Shown: piece after piece, positions 1 through 9,732 of the stretch | How the letters are laid out: every line of letters begins with the position of its first letter | Position numbering within the stretch: position 1 is the first letter of the stretch | Source: Alkaliphilus sp. | GTDB taxonomy: Bacteria > Bacillota > Clostridia > Peptostreptococcales > NVVX01 | NCBI GenBank assembly: GCA_002733545.1 | Contig: NVVX01000014.1 | Location: forward strand, 22,040-59,517 | Length of the DNA: 37,478 bases | Direction: 5' to 3' | Made by a program: the position numbers and the translations under genes | Notes under the pieces: generated by a model | Told to the model about the DNA's origin: nothing | Databases searched by the model: none | What the model saw: only the letters and a program-made list of their open reading frames with translations

Positions 1-655
1 GGTGAAGTTTGTCTTCTAAGGCCAAAGTTAAGAATTGCTGCTTGCCTAACATAAGAGAAGCAATTAACATACTTGCTCTAGAAACATTAAACACTGCATC
101 TTTCAATGATACCGTCTCTGGCAGTATTCGTCTTGCTTCTATAGTTGATATGTTGAATTTTGGAATGAATGTATAAAAAACGTATTGATCGACAATATTT
201 AGTTTCATATACTCAATTTCTTTTTCAACGCATATCGCTATTGTCATTCCACCTATTAAGGCAGGAGTTACATTATCAGGATGCCCTTCGATTGACATTG
301 CAATTTTCAATATTTCTTCATTACTTAATGATTTGTCTGCCATACCCACAGCACCTAATATCCCACCTATTATACAAGCAGCGCTTGATCCTAATCCTTT
401 GGAAATTGGAATTTCACTTTCAACCTCAACCTTAATAGCAATTGATTCAATTTTCAAGTACTTCCACGTAGCTTCGATAGCCTGATAAATCAAATTATCC
501 TTGTTGTTGTATTTTTGTTCAATTCCAACAAAATTCACTCCATCAGGTGCTTTATTAAAAATATACATATTATAGATATTCAAAGCCATTCCAAGAGTAT
601 CAAAACCAGGACCAATATTTGCACTTGTGGCTGGCACTCTTACTTTAATCATCAT
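1..655 (-). CDS. thrB: Homoserine kinase (partial, runs off the left edge)
   Basis: Not in the ORF track; translated by hand from ATG 655/652: MMIKVRVPATSANIGPGFDTLGMAL...IPISKGLGSSAACIIGG...IEGHPDNVTPALIGG...EDKLH. Contains the GHMP kinase PxxxGLGSSAA motif and the ThrB EGHPDN motif; overlaps the thrC stop. Confidence 0.95.
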   Translation of the reverse strand, partial: MMIKVRVPATSANIGPGFDTLGMALNIYNMYIFNKAPDGVNFVGIEQKYNNKDNLIYQAIEATWKYLKIESIAIKVEVESEIPISKGLGSSAACIIGGILGAVGMADKSLSNEEILKIAMSIEGHPDNVTPALIGGMTIAICVEKEIEYMKLNIVDQYVFYTFIPKFNISTIEARRILPETVSLKDAVFNVSRASMLIASLMLGKQQFLTLALEDKLH

Positions 656-2120
656 TTGCACCTACCTTTAAAATCTCTTTTATCGTTCTTTCAATTCCTT
701 CTATTTCACATCTTGTTTTATGAAAAATTTCTTTTTTTTCAATTTGTTCTAGCGATTTCGGAACTTTTCTTCTTGAAATCTTCTGAATTTTATCATTAAT
801 CTCATCTAATGACATGACCTTAACATTTTCTCCAAACGATTCAAGGATAGAATCTCCAAACTTGTATGGACTTGCTGTTGAAACGATAAGTGTATTTTTA
901 GTATATTTTTCCGCTACCTTATATGCCACAGCGGTATGTGGATCTAATAAATAATTATGTTCTGTATAGCAATTTTTAATAACGAGTTTTGTTTCCCTTT
1001 CAGATGCAAAATCACCTTCCATAATTGTCTGTATTTGATTTAGGTACTTTTTATCCAAAATAAATTTTCCAGTTTCGTATAATTCGCTCATCAATTTATT
1101 CATCATATCTTCATCTCTATCTATTATTTCAAAAATAAACCGTTCAAGGTTAGAAGAAATAAGAATATCCATCGATGGGGATATCGTCTTAACAAACGCA
1201 CGATTAGTATCATATATGCCTGTATTTATAAAATCGGTTAGTATATTATTCTCATTTGATGCGCAAATAAGTTTATTAACTGGTAAACCCATTTTTTTTG
1301 CATAATAAGCTGCAAGAATATTCCCAAAGTTGCCTGTCGGAACAACAATATTTATTTCATCTCCTAATGCAATCCGAGTATTTCTTACCATTTCCATATA
1401 GCCAAAGAAAAAATAAACAATTTGAGGAATCAATCGACCAATATTTATAGAATTTGCTGAAGACAGAGATAATTTATTTGATTTCAGCAATTGTTTTAGT
1501 TTTTTATTGGTAAATGCCTCTTTAACAGCGCGTTGTGCATCATCAAAATTACCTTTAATAGCCACAACATGAGTGTTATCTCCTGTTTGAGTTATCATTT
1601 GTAATCTTTGAATTTCACTAACACTATGTTCTGGATAAAATACAATAATAATAATATCCTTTACATTGGCGAAACCCTCAAGTGCTGCTTTACCAGTATC
1701 ACCTGAAGTTGCTACTAGTATAACTGTTTCTTCATCAATACCTTGAATTCTTTTCGCCTCAAGCACAAAGTAAGGCAAAACTGATAAGGCTATATCTTTA
1801 AAAGCAAGAGTAGCTCCATGAAAAAGTTCGAGAATAAATTTGTCATTAACTTCAATTACACAAACTTTATTATCTACAGTAAATTTATTACCATAAGCTT
1901 GCTCAATAATCTGTTTCAACTTTACTTGATTAAAATCAGCCAAGTATAGTTTAAATATCTCATATGCCATTTTATTATAAGAATACTCCATAAGTGGTTC
2001 GATGTCAATAACAGGAAATTTTTCAGGTACAAATAAACCACCATCATCAGATAGTCCTTTTAAAATTGCTTCAGACGCATCAATTTTCTGCAATTTTGAT
2101 CGTGAGCTAAAATATTTCAC
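645..2120 (-). CDS. thrC: Threonine synthase
   Basis: GLSDDGGLFVP, LELFHGATLAFKD (PLP lysine), VATSGDTGKAA, NSINIGRL, VPTGNFGN, SPSMDILISSNLER, DPHTAVA motifs. Confidence 0.97.
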   Translation of the reverse strand: MKYFSSRSKLQKIDASEAILKGLSDDGGLFVPEKFPVIDIEPLMEYSYNKMAYEIFKLYLADFNQVKLKQIIEQAYGNKFTVDNKVCVIEVNDKFILELFHGATLAFKDIALSVLPYFVLEAKRIQGIDEETVILVATSGDTGKAALEGFANVKDIIIIVFYPEHSVSEIQRLQMITQTGDNTHVVAIKGNFDDAQRAVKEAFTNKKLKQLLKSNKLSLSSANSINIGRLIPQIVYFFFGYMEMVRNTRIALGDEINIVVPTGNFGNILAAYYAKKMGLPVNKLICASNENNILTDFINTGIYDTNRAFVKTISPSMDILISSNLERFIFEIIDRDEDMMNKLMSELYETGKFILDKKYLNQIQTIMEGDFASERETKLVIKNCYTEHNYLLDPHTAVAYKVAEKYTKNTLIVSTASPYKFGDSILESFGENVKVMSLDEINDKIQKISRRKVPKSLEQIEKKEIFHKTRCEIEGIERTIKEILKVGANDD

Positions 2121-2135
2121 TTCATTTCCTCCTAA

Positions 2136-3398
2136 TTAATTCACTACCCTAATTATTGACATGACTTCAAGAACATAATTATTTTTTTGTATAGATTCAA
2201 GCACAGCATTTAAAGTAGCACGATCAATTTCATGAGTAATAAATACAAGTGGAGCATGTTTGCCTCCTCTTGCACGTTGCACCACAGAGTCTAAGCTGAC
2301 GCCCTGTTCTCCAAAAGAAACAGCAATCTTTCCTAACACACCAGGTAAATCTACTACTTCCATTCTAACGTAATATGCACTTCTACCGATATTATTCACA
2401 ACAATATCTTTTGCACTACAAGTGCCGATATAATCATTCTTTTTTCTTGTTATATCAATTACATCAGTTAGCACTGCGCTTCCAGTAGGCATTGAACCAG
2501 CTCCCTTACCGTACAGCATAATTTCACCAACAACATTTCCCTCTATAAACAATGCATTAAACTCATAATTAACTGAAGCAATTGGATGCTCAACTGGAAT
2601 AAGCGCTGGCTGAACACTTAACTCAACATGCTCATTACTTTTTTCACCCAAAGCCAGTAGTTTTATCTTGTACCCTAATTCTTGTCCATATTCTATATCT
2701 TCTAATGAAATGTTTCTAATCCCTTCTCTTGAAATGTCTTCTGGATTAACAATAATCCCAAACGCATCTTTTGAAAGAATTGCAAGTTTGTATGCTGCAT
2801 CAGAACCATTTACATCAGAGGTTGGATCTGCTTCAGCAAAACCAAGTTCTTGCGCTTCCTTTAACACATCTTTAAAACTCATCTTTTCTTTTGTCATTTT
2901 TGTCAAAATATAATTTGTTGTTCCGTTAAGTATTCCCATTAAACGCTCAATTTTATTCGAACTCAACGAATCGTTCAGTGTGCTGATAATAGGTATTCCC
3001 CCGCCCACACTCGCTTCGTACCTGATTAAAACTTCATTCTCACGAGCCGTTTTAATCAATTCAATTCCTTTTTTAGCCATCAATTCCTTATTTGCAGTTA
3101 CAACATGACATCCATTTTCAAGTGCTTTTTTAATATATTCAAAAGCTGATGAAACACCACCTATCAATTCAACCACCACATCTAATTCTTTTAGATTGAT
3201 ATTGTCAAATTGATTAGTATAAACCTTTTTGTCAAGATTAACATCTCTTTTCTTTACAGTATTTCTTACCAAAACGTTAACGAAGTCTAATTCACCACCT
3301 ATTTTGTAATCAATCTCTTCTTTGTTTAAGTGGTAATTATTTATAAATCCTTGCCCAACTGTTCCCATTCCGAGTATTCCAATTCTATATTTTCTCAT
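2136..3398 (-). CDS. hom: Homoserine dehydrogenase with C-terminal ACT domain
   Basis: GILGMGTVG Rossmann motif, HVVTANK, YEASVGGGIP, GILNGTTNYIL, GFAEADPTSDV, GAGSMPTGSAV, ACT (DLPGVLGKIA). Start moved to ATG 3398/3401 behind an AGGAG RBS; the ORF track starts at 3446. Confidence 0.96.
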   Translation of the reverse strand: MRKYRIGILGMGTVGQGFINNYHLNKEEIDYKIGGELDFVNVLVRNTVKKRDVNLDKKVYTNQFDNINLKELDVVVELIGGVSSAFEYIKKALENGCHVVTANKELMAKKGIELIKTARENEVLIRYEASVGGGIPIISTLNDSLSSNKIERLMGILNGTTNYILTKMTKEKMSFKDVLKEAQELGFAEADPTSDVNGSDAAYKLAILSKDAFGIIVNPEDISREGIRNISLEDIEYGQELGYKIKLLALGEKSNEHVELSVQPALIPVEHPIASVNYEFNALFIEGNVVGEIMLYGKGAGSMPTGSAVLTDVIDITRKKNDYIGTCSAKDIVVNNIGRSAYYVRMEVVDLPGVLGKIAVSFGEQGVSLDSVVQRARGGKHAPLVFITHEIDRATLNAVLESIQKNNYVLEVMSIIRVVN

Positions 3399-3544
3399 CA
3401 TATCACTCCTAATCTCTCCATTAAGATATTTATTTTTATGTAACATGTTAACACATTGTTCTTAATATTACAATAATTTTTAAATTATTTAACAAATATC
3501 AACATTCTTTTCTCAGGACGTCCACTCTATAACAGCTTAAAAGC

Positions 3545-3567
3545 AAAAACCGAAATCTATGATTTCG
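3545..3567 (-). terminator. Probable intrinsic terminator of the aro operon
   Basis: Minus strand CGAAATC-ATA-GATTTCG stem-loop followed by GTTTTT. Confidence 0.6.
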
Positions 3568-3635
3568 TGTAAATCACTTTGTTATTTCACCTAGACAAAG
3601 CCTAACAAAGTTTCATCAAAATCAATCTTAAAACT

Positions 3636-3686
3636 TTAACTTTTATGATCGATTTGGTCAATTTTTTCCCGCAGCGTTTTAATCAT
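3636..3686 (-). pseudogene. Truncated chorismate mutase (PheA/AroQ-class) N-terminal stub
   Basis: ATG overlaps the aroC stop, behind an AAGGTGG RBS. Translates MIKTLREKIDQIDHKS*, matching the LRxxIDxID signature that opens AroQ-class chorismate mutases. Confidence 0.7.
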
Positions 3687-4782
3687 TATCACACCACCTT
3701 TTGCTCCATTCGTAATCCATATACATATCTAGTAACCCAATAGCCATCATTGCTTCAGCTACAGGTAATGCTCTTGGTACAATACAAGGATCATGTCTTC
3801 CTTTAGTTACATCTACAATGTTTTTATTCTCTTTAATATCAATCGTGCGTTGGGATTTCATAATTGAAGGTGTTGGTTTAAAATAAAGCTGACAAGTAAT
3901 GGGCATACCATTGCTAATACCTCCTGTAATCCCTCCATTATTATTGCTTAATGTAATTACTTTATCATTAATGAATTGTAATTCATCATTAACCTTTGAT
4001 CCCCTCTTGTTCGCAAACTCGATTCCTAAACCGAAACTGACTGCTTTCACTCCAGGAATTGAATAAAATAGATGCGCAATTGTACTTTCAATTGAATTAA
4101 AAAACGGCTCGCCAATACCTGCAGGAATATTATTTGAAATCACTTCTATTGCACCGCCAATCGAATCGTGATCTTGTTTTGCCATTTCTATTTCATGTTG
4201 CATTTGCTTTTTAATCTGTGAATCAGCAACTGGGAATGTCTGTCCAGTAAAATTTAAAATTACTTTGTTGTTAAGTTCATGAACTCTTTTACTTTTGATT
4301 TTACCTATTTGAATAATGTGAGCATTTATTTCAATATTTTTCTTTTTAAGTAGCTGTTTTGCTATCGCACCTGCAAATACAATTGGCGCTGTTAACCTCC
4401 CCGAGAAATGTCCCCCTCCTCTGTAGTCATTATTCCCACGGTACTTCACATATGCTGCATAATCAGCATGCGATGGACGCATATGCGCCTTCGCCTTATC
4501 ATAGTCGCTTGAGCGATGAGATGTATTTTGAATAATCGCCGTCAAGGGTGCCCCTGTCGTCTTTTTGTCAAAGTAGCCACTAACAATTTCAAATTGATCT
4601 AACTCATTACGTAGAGATGCAAATGCATCCTTTCCAGGTCGCCTTCTATCAAGTTCTAATTGAATAGCCTCAAAATTTAATTGAATACCAGCTGGTAGAT
4701 GATGTATCGTTATCCCAATAAGTTTTCCATGTGATTCACCAAATAATGAATAGATTATATTTTTACCCCATGTGCTATTCAC
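3679..4782 (-). CDS. aroC: Chorismate synthase
   Basis: FGESHG, RPSHADY, DYRGGGHFSGRLTA, SNNNGGITGGISNG, FKPTPSI, GRHDPCIVPRA. Confidence 0.97.
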   Translation of the reverse strand: MNSTWGKNIIYSLFGESHGKLIGITIHHLPAGIQLNFEAIQLELDRRRPGKDAFASLRNELDQFEIVSGYFDKKTTGAPLTAIIQNTSHRSSDYDKAKAHMRPSHADYAAYVKYRGNNDYRGGGHFSGRLTAPIVFAGAIAKQLLKKKNIEINAHIIQIGKIKSKRVHELNNKVILNFTGQTFPVADSQIKKQMQHEIEMAKQDHDSIGGAIEVISNNIPAGIGEPFFNSIESTIAHLFYSIPGVKAVSFGLGIEFANKRGSKVNDELQFINDKVITLSNNNGGITGGISNGMPITCQLYFKPTPSIMKSQRTIDIKENKNIVDVTKGRHDPCIVPRALPVAEAMMAIGLLDMYMDYEWSKRWCDND

Positions 4783-6034
4783 AAATTTTCCCTCCTAAAT
4801 CTCTGAAATGTTCAAAAAAATGTGGATATGATTTATCAATTGCTTGACTATTTGTAATCTTCACTTCATCTTTACAACGAATAGATGCAATTGCCAAGCT
4901 CATAGCAATACGATGGTCATTCCAACTATCAACAACACCTCCAGTTAAGCGTTTTCGTCCATAAATTACCAATCCCTCTGGCTGTTCTATTATTTGAGCT
5001 CCTAATTTATTAAGTTCTGTCGTAATTGCTTTTAATCTATCAGATTCTTTAATCCTTAACCGCGAAGCATTTACTATTTCAGTTTTACCATTACTAAGTG
5101 CTGCTAGTACAGTTAAAATAGGAATTATATCAGGACATTGCGATGCATCGATTGTTGTTCCGATAGTCTTAGATTGCGATACGAAAATACTATCATCCTT
5201 AATCTCAATCTTACCATTCATTCTTTTAACAATGTCAACAATCTCACTATCGCCTTGTATTGAATTGATATTAAGCCCATTAATTTCAATATCGCCCCCA
5301 ATTAAACCAGCTACTATCCAAAATGCAGCTTGTGAATAATCACCTTCAATTTGAAGTTCTCTAGATAAAAACTTTTGATTCCCCTTAATTAAATAACGCT
5401 GATGTTCATCATTCTCAATCTTTATGTTAAATTTATTTAGAACATCTATCGTAAGATTGATATATCCTTTCGATTCAAGTGGCGTAGTCAAGACAATCTC
5501 TGAATCGTCATTCAATAATGGTAAAACAAACATTAAGCCTGTGATAAATTGCGAACTTATATCTCCTCTAATTTCATACTTTCCTGGTTTTAATTTTCCT
5601 TCAACAACCAAAGGTAATCCATCATTATAAGCATAATAAATGTTCTGTTCTTTAAAAATTTTAAAATATGGGTCTAGTGGTCGTGTCTTAAGCTTTCCTT
5701 TGCCATTAAACACAAACGGTTCATCGACTAAAGTACAAAATGGTACTAAAAACCTCAGAGTCGATCCTGATTCATGACAGTCTATAGAATGCATAGGTGT
5801 GTTCAACTTGCCTTGAGAAAAAATGTCTGCACTAGAAGAAGATTTGTCGATAGTAATTCCAAATGCATTCATTGCATTACAAGTTGCTTTTATATCTTCT
5901 GAGAAAATGAGATTGCTAATTTTAGATTTGCCCTTTGCAAGTGAGGCCGCAATAATCGCACGATGCGAAATGCTTTTTGATGGCGGAACAGATACCGTTC
6001 CTTTTAACACTTTTGGTATTATCTTTACATGCAT
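4775..6034 (-). CDS. aroA: 3-phosphoshikimate 1-carboxyvinyltransferase (EPSP synthase)
   Basis: PPSKSISHRA, ESGSTLRF, SSQFITGL, EGDYSQA, LRIKESDRL, DHRIAMS, KSYPHFF. Confidence 0.97.
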   Translation of the reverse strand: MHVKIIPKVLKGTVSVPPSKSISHRAIIAASLAKGKSKISNLIFSEDIKATCNAMNAFGITIDKSSSSADIFSQGKLNTPMHSIDCHESGSTLRFLVPFCTLVDEPFVFNGKGKLKTRPLDPYFKIFKEQNIYYAYNDGLPLVVEGKLKPGKYEIRGDISSQFITGLMFVLPLLNDDSEIVLTTPLESKGYINLTIDVLNKFNIKIENDEHQRYLIKGNQKFLSRELQIEGDYSQAAFWIVAGLIGGDIEINGLNINSIQGDSEIVDIVKRMNGKIEIKDDSIFVSQSKTIGTTIDASQCPDIIPILTVLAALSNGKTEIVNASRLRIKESDRLKAITTELNKLGAQIIEQPEGLVIYGRKRLTGGVVDSWNDHRIAMSLAIASIRCKDEVKITNSQAIDKSYPHFFEHFRDLGGKICE

Positions 6035-6045
6035 TTTATCTCCTC

Positions 6046-7110
6046 CTAAATAGAATAATTACCTAGTTCACTAATTTTCACAGATCTAATTACTGTTTGT
6101 CCAATACATCTTAAGAATATAAAGTTGATGGAATCTCCAAATCTTTTCTTATCATTCTTCATAATTTCTTTTAAACTACCATTTACTCCAACATCAGTCT
6201 GGGTAGGCAAATTGAATTTTATTAATATTTCTTTAATTTTCTCAGATGTTCCCTGTTTAGTAATTCCTTTATTTTCAGATATTTTTGTAATTTGATACAT
6301 CCCTATAGCAATTGCTTCCCCATGGGTAAATCCTTCATAATTAAAAGCTTTCTCTAAGGCATGCCCTATGGTATGCCCAAAATTTAATACCATTCTTTGC
6401 CCGTAGTCACGCTCATCTTTAGCAACTACTTCACTCTTTATTTGGCAGCATCGAAAAATAATAGATTCAATTGCATTGAAAACACCATCATGAGATTGTA
6501 ATTTTAAAATTTCGTTAAATAAATTCTCATCATAAATACACCCATATTTTATAACCTCAGCCATTCCGCTAATAAATTCTTTTTGTGGCAATGTTCGTAA
6601 GAGTTGTGGATCAATAAGTACAATTTCAGGATGGTGAAAAATTCCTACTAGATTCTTTCCCTCATCTATATTAACAGCAACCTTTCCTCCGATGCTACTG
6701 TCTACCATAGATAATAGACTTGTCGGTATATGTATTAGTTTAATTCCACGAAGATAGGTTGCTGCTAAAAAACCCGCAAAATCCCCGACAACTCCACCAC
6801 CGAACGCAATAATCAAGTCAAAGCGCGTAATTTCTAAAGTTAAAAGTGATTTATATAGAACTTCCAGATTTGAAAAATGCTTACTTTTTTCTCCGGGTTC
6901 AATAACTATTTGAACAACAAAACAACTCATTTTTTCTAATGTTTTTTGTAATGCTTTACCATATAGTCTATATAAATTTTTATCAGTTATTACCACAATC
7001 CTTTTCATTTGAGAAGTTGTTTGAATGTGATGATTAATTTCACTAAACAACCCATTTTTAATACAAATTTTGTACTGCTTATGTTCTAAGTTTAGTTGTA
7101 TTGTTTTCAT
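6046..7110 (-). CDS. aroB: 3-dehydroquinate synthase
   Basis: GEKSK, GGGVVGDFAGF, PTSLLSMVDSSIGGK, KNLVG, LNFGHTIGHA, HGEAIAIGM, DKK. Confidence 0.97.
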   Translation of the reverse strand: MKTIQLNLEHKQYKICIKNGLFSEINHHIQTTSQMKRIVVITDKNLYRLYGKALQKTLEKMSCFVVQIVIEPGEKSKHFSNLEVLYKSLLTLEITRFDLIIAFGGGVVGDFAGFLAATYLRGIKLIHIPTSLLSMVDSSIGGKVAVNIDEGKNLVGIFHHPEIVLIDPQLLRTLPQKEFISGMAEVIKYGCIYDENLFNEILKLQSHDGVFNAIESIIFRCCQIKSEVVAKDERDYGQRMVLNFGHTIGHALEKAFNYEGFTHGEAIAIGMYQITKISENKGITKQGTSEKIKEILIKFNLPTQTDVGVNGSLKEIMKNDKKRFGDSINFIFLRCIGQTVIRSVKISELGNYSI

Positions 7111-7112
7111 AA

Positions 7113-8204
7113 CTAACCTCCAATATGAACAGGATTATTTTTGCCAAAGTCAGAAGATTCGATTAATTGTTTCGCCATCAATTTATCTTCTTGTGAATAA
7201 AACCCTATTTTTAATACCCCTGGTATATTTTCTCTTGAATGAACAATTTCAATGTCTTTAATGTTGATTTGCTGCTTAGCTAAAATCCCTGTCGTCTCAG
7301 CAACCATACCAGGTTGATTTTTCACATCGATAAAGAGCGTGCAATCCTGTTCAATCCAATCACTAAAATGCTTAGGAATTCGTTCGCGATATTCCTTTGC
7401 TTTAGTCAGTTGAGAATGTATCCACTGCAATTTCTTTTCTTTCAAAGCATTTCTGAATTCGTTTAAATTATGTGTAAATTCATCTATAGTCTCAATAATT
7501 TCTTGATAATTATTTGTAAGAATATCAGTCCATAGATTTGGATTGCCAGAAGCAATTCTTGTAATATCTCTAAAACCTCCGCCAACATAATCAATTAGTG
7601 ATTCTTCTTTGTCTTGAAGTAAATTAACCATTATTGCTGCGTTAATATGTGGCAAATGACTCGTTCTAGCAACAATTAGGTCATGTAGCTCAGGACTAAT
7701 TATTACACTCTTTGCACCAAGAAAATTGATTAAACATTCAACTTTTTTGAGTACTTCTTGATTATTATTCTGATCAGTTAAAAAATAATATGCATTTTCA
7801 AATAAATGTGCTTTAGCTGCTTCAAATCCTGATTGCTCTGAGCCAACCATCGGATGACCCCCAATAAATGTTTGAGTAGACAAAATATTTTTTTCAATAA
7901 TTTTATGCGCTTTTACCTTTACACTACCCACATCTATAATTATACAATCATCCGTTAAATACTTAGCAATTTTTTTAAAAGCACTCTCGTATTTCCCGAC
8001 AGGAATGGCGAGAATTAGCAAATCTGTTTGGTCAAATCCTTCTTGAACAATTATATTTTCTATAAACGCTTTATCAAGGTTTTTACTATTTGTATCTAGC
8101 CCACAAATTCTACCTTTAAACCCGTTCTCTTTTAGAGCTTTAGCAATTGAACCTCCAATTAATCCAAGCCCAATAATAGTAATGTTTTTAAAGTCAATTT
8201 CCAT
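7113..8204 (-). CDS. tyrA: Prephenate dehydrogenase with C-terminal ACT domain
   Basis: IGLGLIGGS, DVGSVK, GGHPMVGSE, HD...SHLPH, GGGFRDITRIA, ACT (NQPGMVA). Confidence 0.95.
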   Translation of the reverse strand: MEIDFKNITIIGLGLIGGSIAKALKENGFKGRICGLDTNSKNLDKAFIENIIVQEGFDQTDLLILAIPVGKYESAFKKIAKYLTDDCIIIDVGSVKVKAHKIIEKNILSTQTFIGGHPMVGSEQSGFEAAKAHLFENAYYFLTDQNNNQEVLKKVECLINFLGAKSVIISPELHDLIVARTSHLPHINAAIMVNLLQDKEESLIDYVGGGFRDITRIASGNPNLWTDILTNNYQEIIETIDEFTHNLNEFRNALKEKKLQWIHSQLTKAKEYRERIPKHFSDWIEQDCTLFIDVKNQPGMVAETTGILAKQQINIKDIEIVHSRENIPGVLKIGFYSQEDKLMAKQLIESSDFGKNNPVHIGG

Positions 8205-9222
8205 TGTAATTCACCATGTCTTTTATCGCATCACTCACTTTTCCAACAGAAACAACAAGTTTTTCAAATCGTTCGGGTTTTAATGATTGTTGTCCATCCG
8301 ATAAAGCTTTCTCAGGATTATTGTGTACTTCTACCATAATTCCATCTGCTCCTACTGCGACAGCTGCCCGTGACATTGGCTCAACCATGTGCCACTTCCC
8401 AGTAGCATGACTCGGATCTATTATAATTGGTAAGTGACTAAGCTCTTTAACCGCTATTACAGTAGCTAAATCTAGCGTATTACGTGTATAGTTCTCAAAA
8501 GTTCTAATCCCACGCTCACACAATACAATTTGAGAATTACCTGATGCCATAATATATTCTGCAGACATTAAAAATTCTTCAATAGTTGCAGACATTCCTC
8601 GTTTTAGCATAATAGGTTTTTTCGCTTTGCCAGCTTTTTTTAGTAACGAAAAGTTTTGCATATTTCTCGCACCTATTTGAATTATATCTGTATACGATTC
8701 AACTAAATCAAAGTCCTCTGTGGACATAGCTTCTGTAATAATTGGTAGTCCAGTTAATTCTTTTGCTTCTTTTAATAACTTCAATCCTTTTTCACCTAAC
8801 CCTTGAAAACTATACGGTGATGTACGTGGCTTAAAAGCACCCCCTCTTAAAATATGCGCTCCCGCTGCTTTAACTGATTGTGCTATAGTTAAGATTTGCT
8901 CTCTACTTTCAACTGAGCATGGACCTGCAATAATTGTTAAATTGCCTCCGCCAATTTCATGCCCTTCTATCTTTAAAATAGAATTTTTGGGATGAAAAGC
9001 CCTGCTTGCCAATTTAAATGGCTCTTGCACTTTCATTACTTTTTCAACATTATGGTGTGCTTGCATATGTGTGATATCAATTTTTGCTGTGTCTCCAATT
9101 AAACCTAAAACCATACGTTCCTCGCTTCCTGCATCTTTTACTGTTAAGCCCATTGTTTTGATATTCTCAATCAGTTGATTTTTCTCTTCCTGTGTTGTTG
9201 TTCTTTTCAATATAATAATCAT
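8194..9222 (-). CDS. aroF: DAHP synthase (class I-beta with N-terminal regulatory domain)
   Basis: IAGPCSVES, RGGAFKPRTSPYSFQG, QIGARNMQNF, LKRG, CERGIR, DPSH, EVH, SDG; GGAGG RBS. Confidence 0.96.
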   Translation of the reverse strand: MIIILKRTTTQEEKNQLIENIKTMGLTVKDAGSEERMVLGLIGDTAKIDITHMQAHHNVEKVMKVQEPFKLASRAFHPKNSILKIEGHEIGGGNLTIIAGPCSVESREQILTIAQSVKAAGAHILRGGAFKPRTSPYSFQGLGEKGLKLLKEAKELTGLPIITEAMSTEDFDLVESYTDIIQIGARNMQNFSLLKKAGKAKKPIMLKRGMSATIEEFLMSAEYIMASGNSQIVLCERGIRTFENYTRNTLDLATVIAVKELSHLPIIIDPSHATGKWHMVEPMSRAAVAVGADGIMVEVHNNPEKALSDGQQSLKPERFEKLVVSVGKVSDAIKDMVNYNGN

Positions 9223-9321
9223 AAATTTCTCCTCCTGGTTTTTATTCCATTTTTTTAAAATTTATATAATTATTCTTAAAATAGTCAATCATATATCAAT
9301 CACCTCTTTTTTTTGTAAATT

Positions 9322-9350
9322 AAAAAGGAGTTTCTCGAAGAAACTCCTTT
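9322..9350 (-). terminator. Intrinsic terminator or attenuator hairpin in the aro leader
   Basis: Perfect 12-bp stem AAAGGAGTTTCT-TCG-AGAAACTCCTTT running into a T tract on the minus strand, between the promoter and aroF. Confidence 0.8.
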
Positions 9351-9378
9351 GATTAATTATTTTTATTAATCAATTATT

Positions 9379-9552
9379 TTATCTTATCACAATTTGTTTG
9401 TGATACAGACTGTCTCCAAGTTTGCCAAACCATTTTCGTATGAATTTGTTGAACGCATAATAACTTGCGCTATAAAAAAAGCCCAAGTAATAAAAATAAT
9501 AAAAGCTAACTGTAGTTTTAGTTAAACGTTTTAATAAATTTGTGTCCAACAT
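9379..9552 (-). CDS. Putative aromatic amino-acid-rich leader peptide (57 aa)
   Basis: AAAGGTGAG RBS before ATG 9552; contains FYYFYYLGFFYSASYYAF (12 of 18 residues Phe/Tyr); lies between a consensus promoter and a terminator upstream of aroF. Confidence 0.6.
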   Translation of the reverse strand: MLDTNLLKRLTKTTVSFYYFYYLGFFYSASYYAFNKFIRKWFGKLGDSLYHKQIVIR

Positions 9553-9600
9553 TTTTCTCACCTTTGTGACTATTATTTTATTCTTTATATATTATTGAAT

Positions 9601-9629
9601 ATTATAACTCTTCTAAATTCTATTGTCAA
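9601..9629 (-). promoter_or_regulatory. SigmaA promoter of the aro operon
   Basis: Exact TTGACA (9629-9624), 17-nt spacer, TATAAT (9606-9601). Confidence 0.85.
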
Positions 9630-9732
9630 TAAAAACAAACAAAGATTATTTAGCTTTCTTTGGCAAGGTTTTAATTTTTTTTTTTCTTTTCTGTCTTCTT
9701 GTACATTTAGAGGTAATTGAAAATGTACAAGG

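Noticed and set aside
169-799. Plus-strand ORFs 169-435 and 515-799
   Set aside because: Antisense to thrB/thrC, which explain the region.
3441-3490. AT-rich palindromes upstream of hom as a CodY box or other operator
   Set aside because: Four mismatches to the CodY consensus, and such palindromes are expected by chance in very AT-rich DNA.
9698-9731. Inverted repeat as the mnh operon terminator
   Set aside because: On the minus strand it is followed by an A-rich rather than T-rich tract, and the stem is AT-rich with a 12-nt loop.
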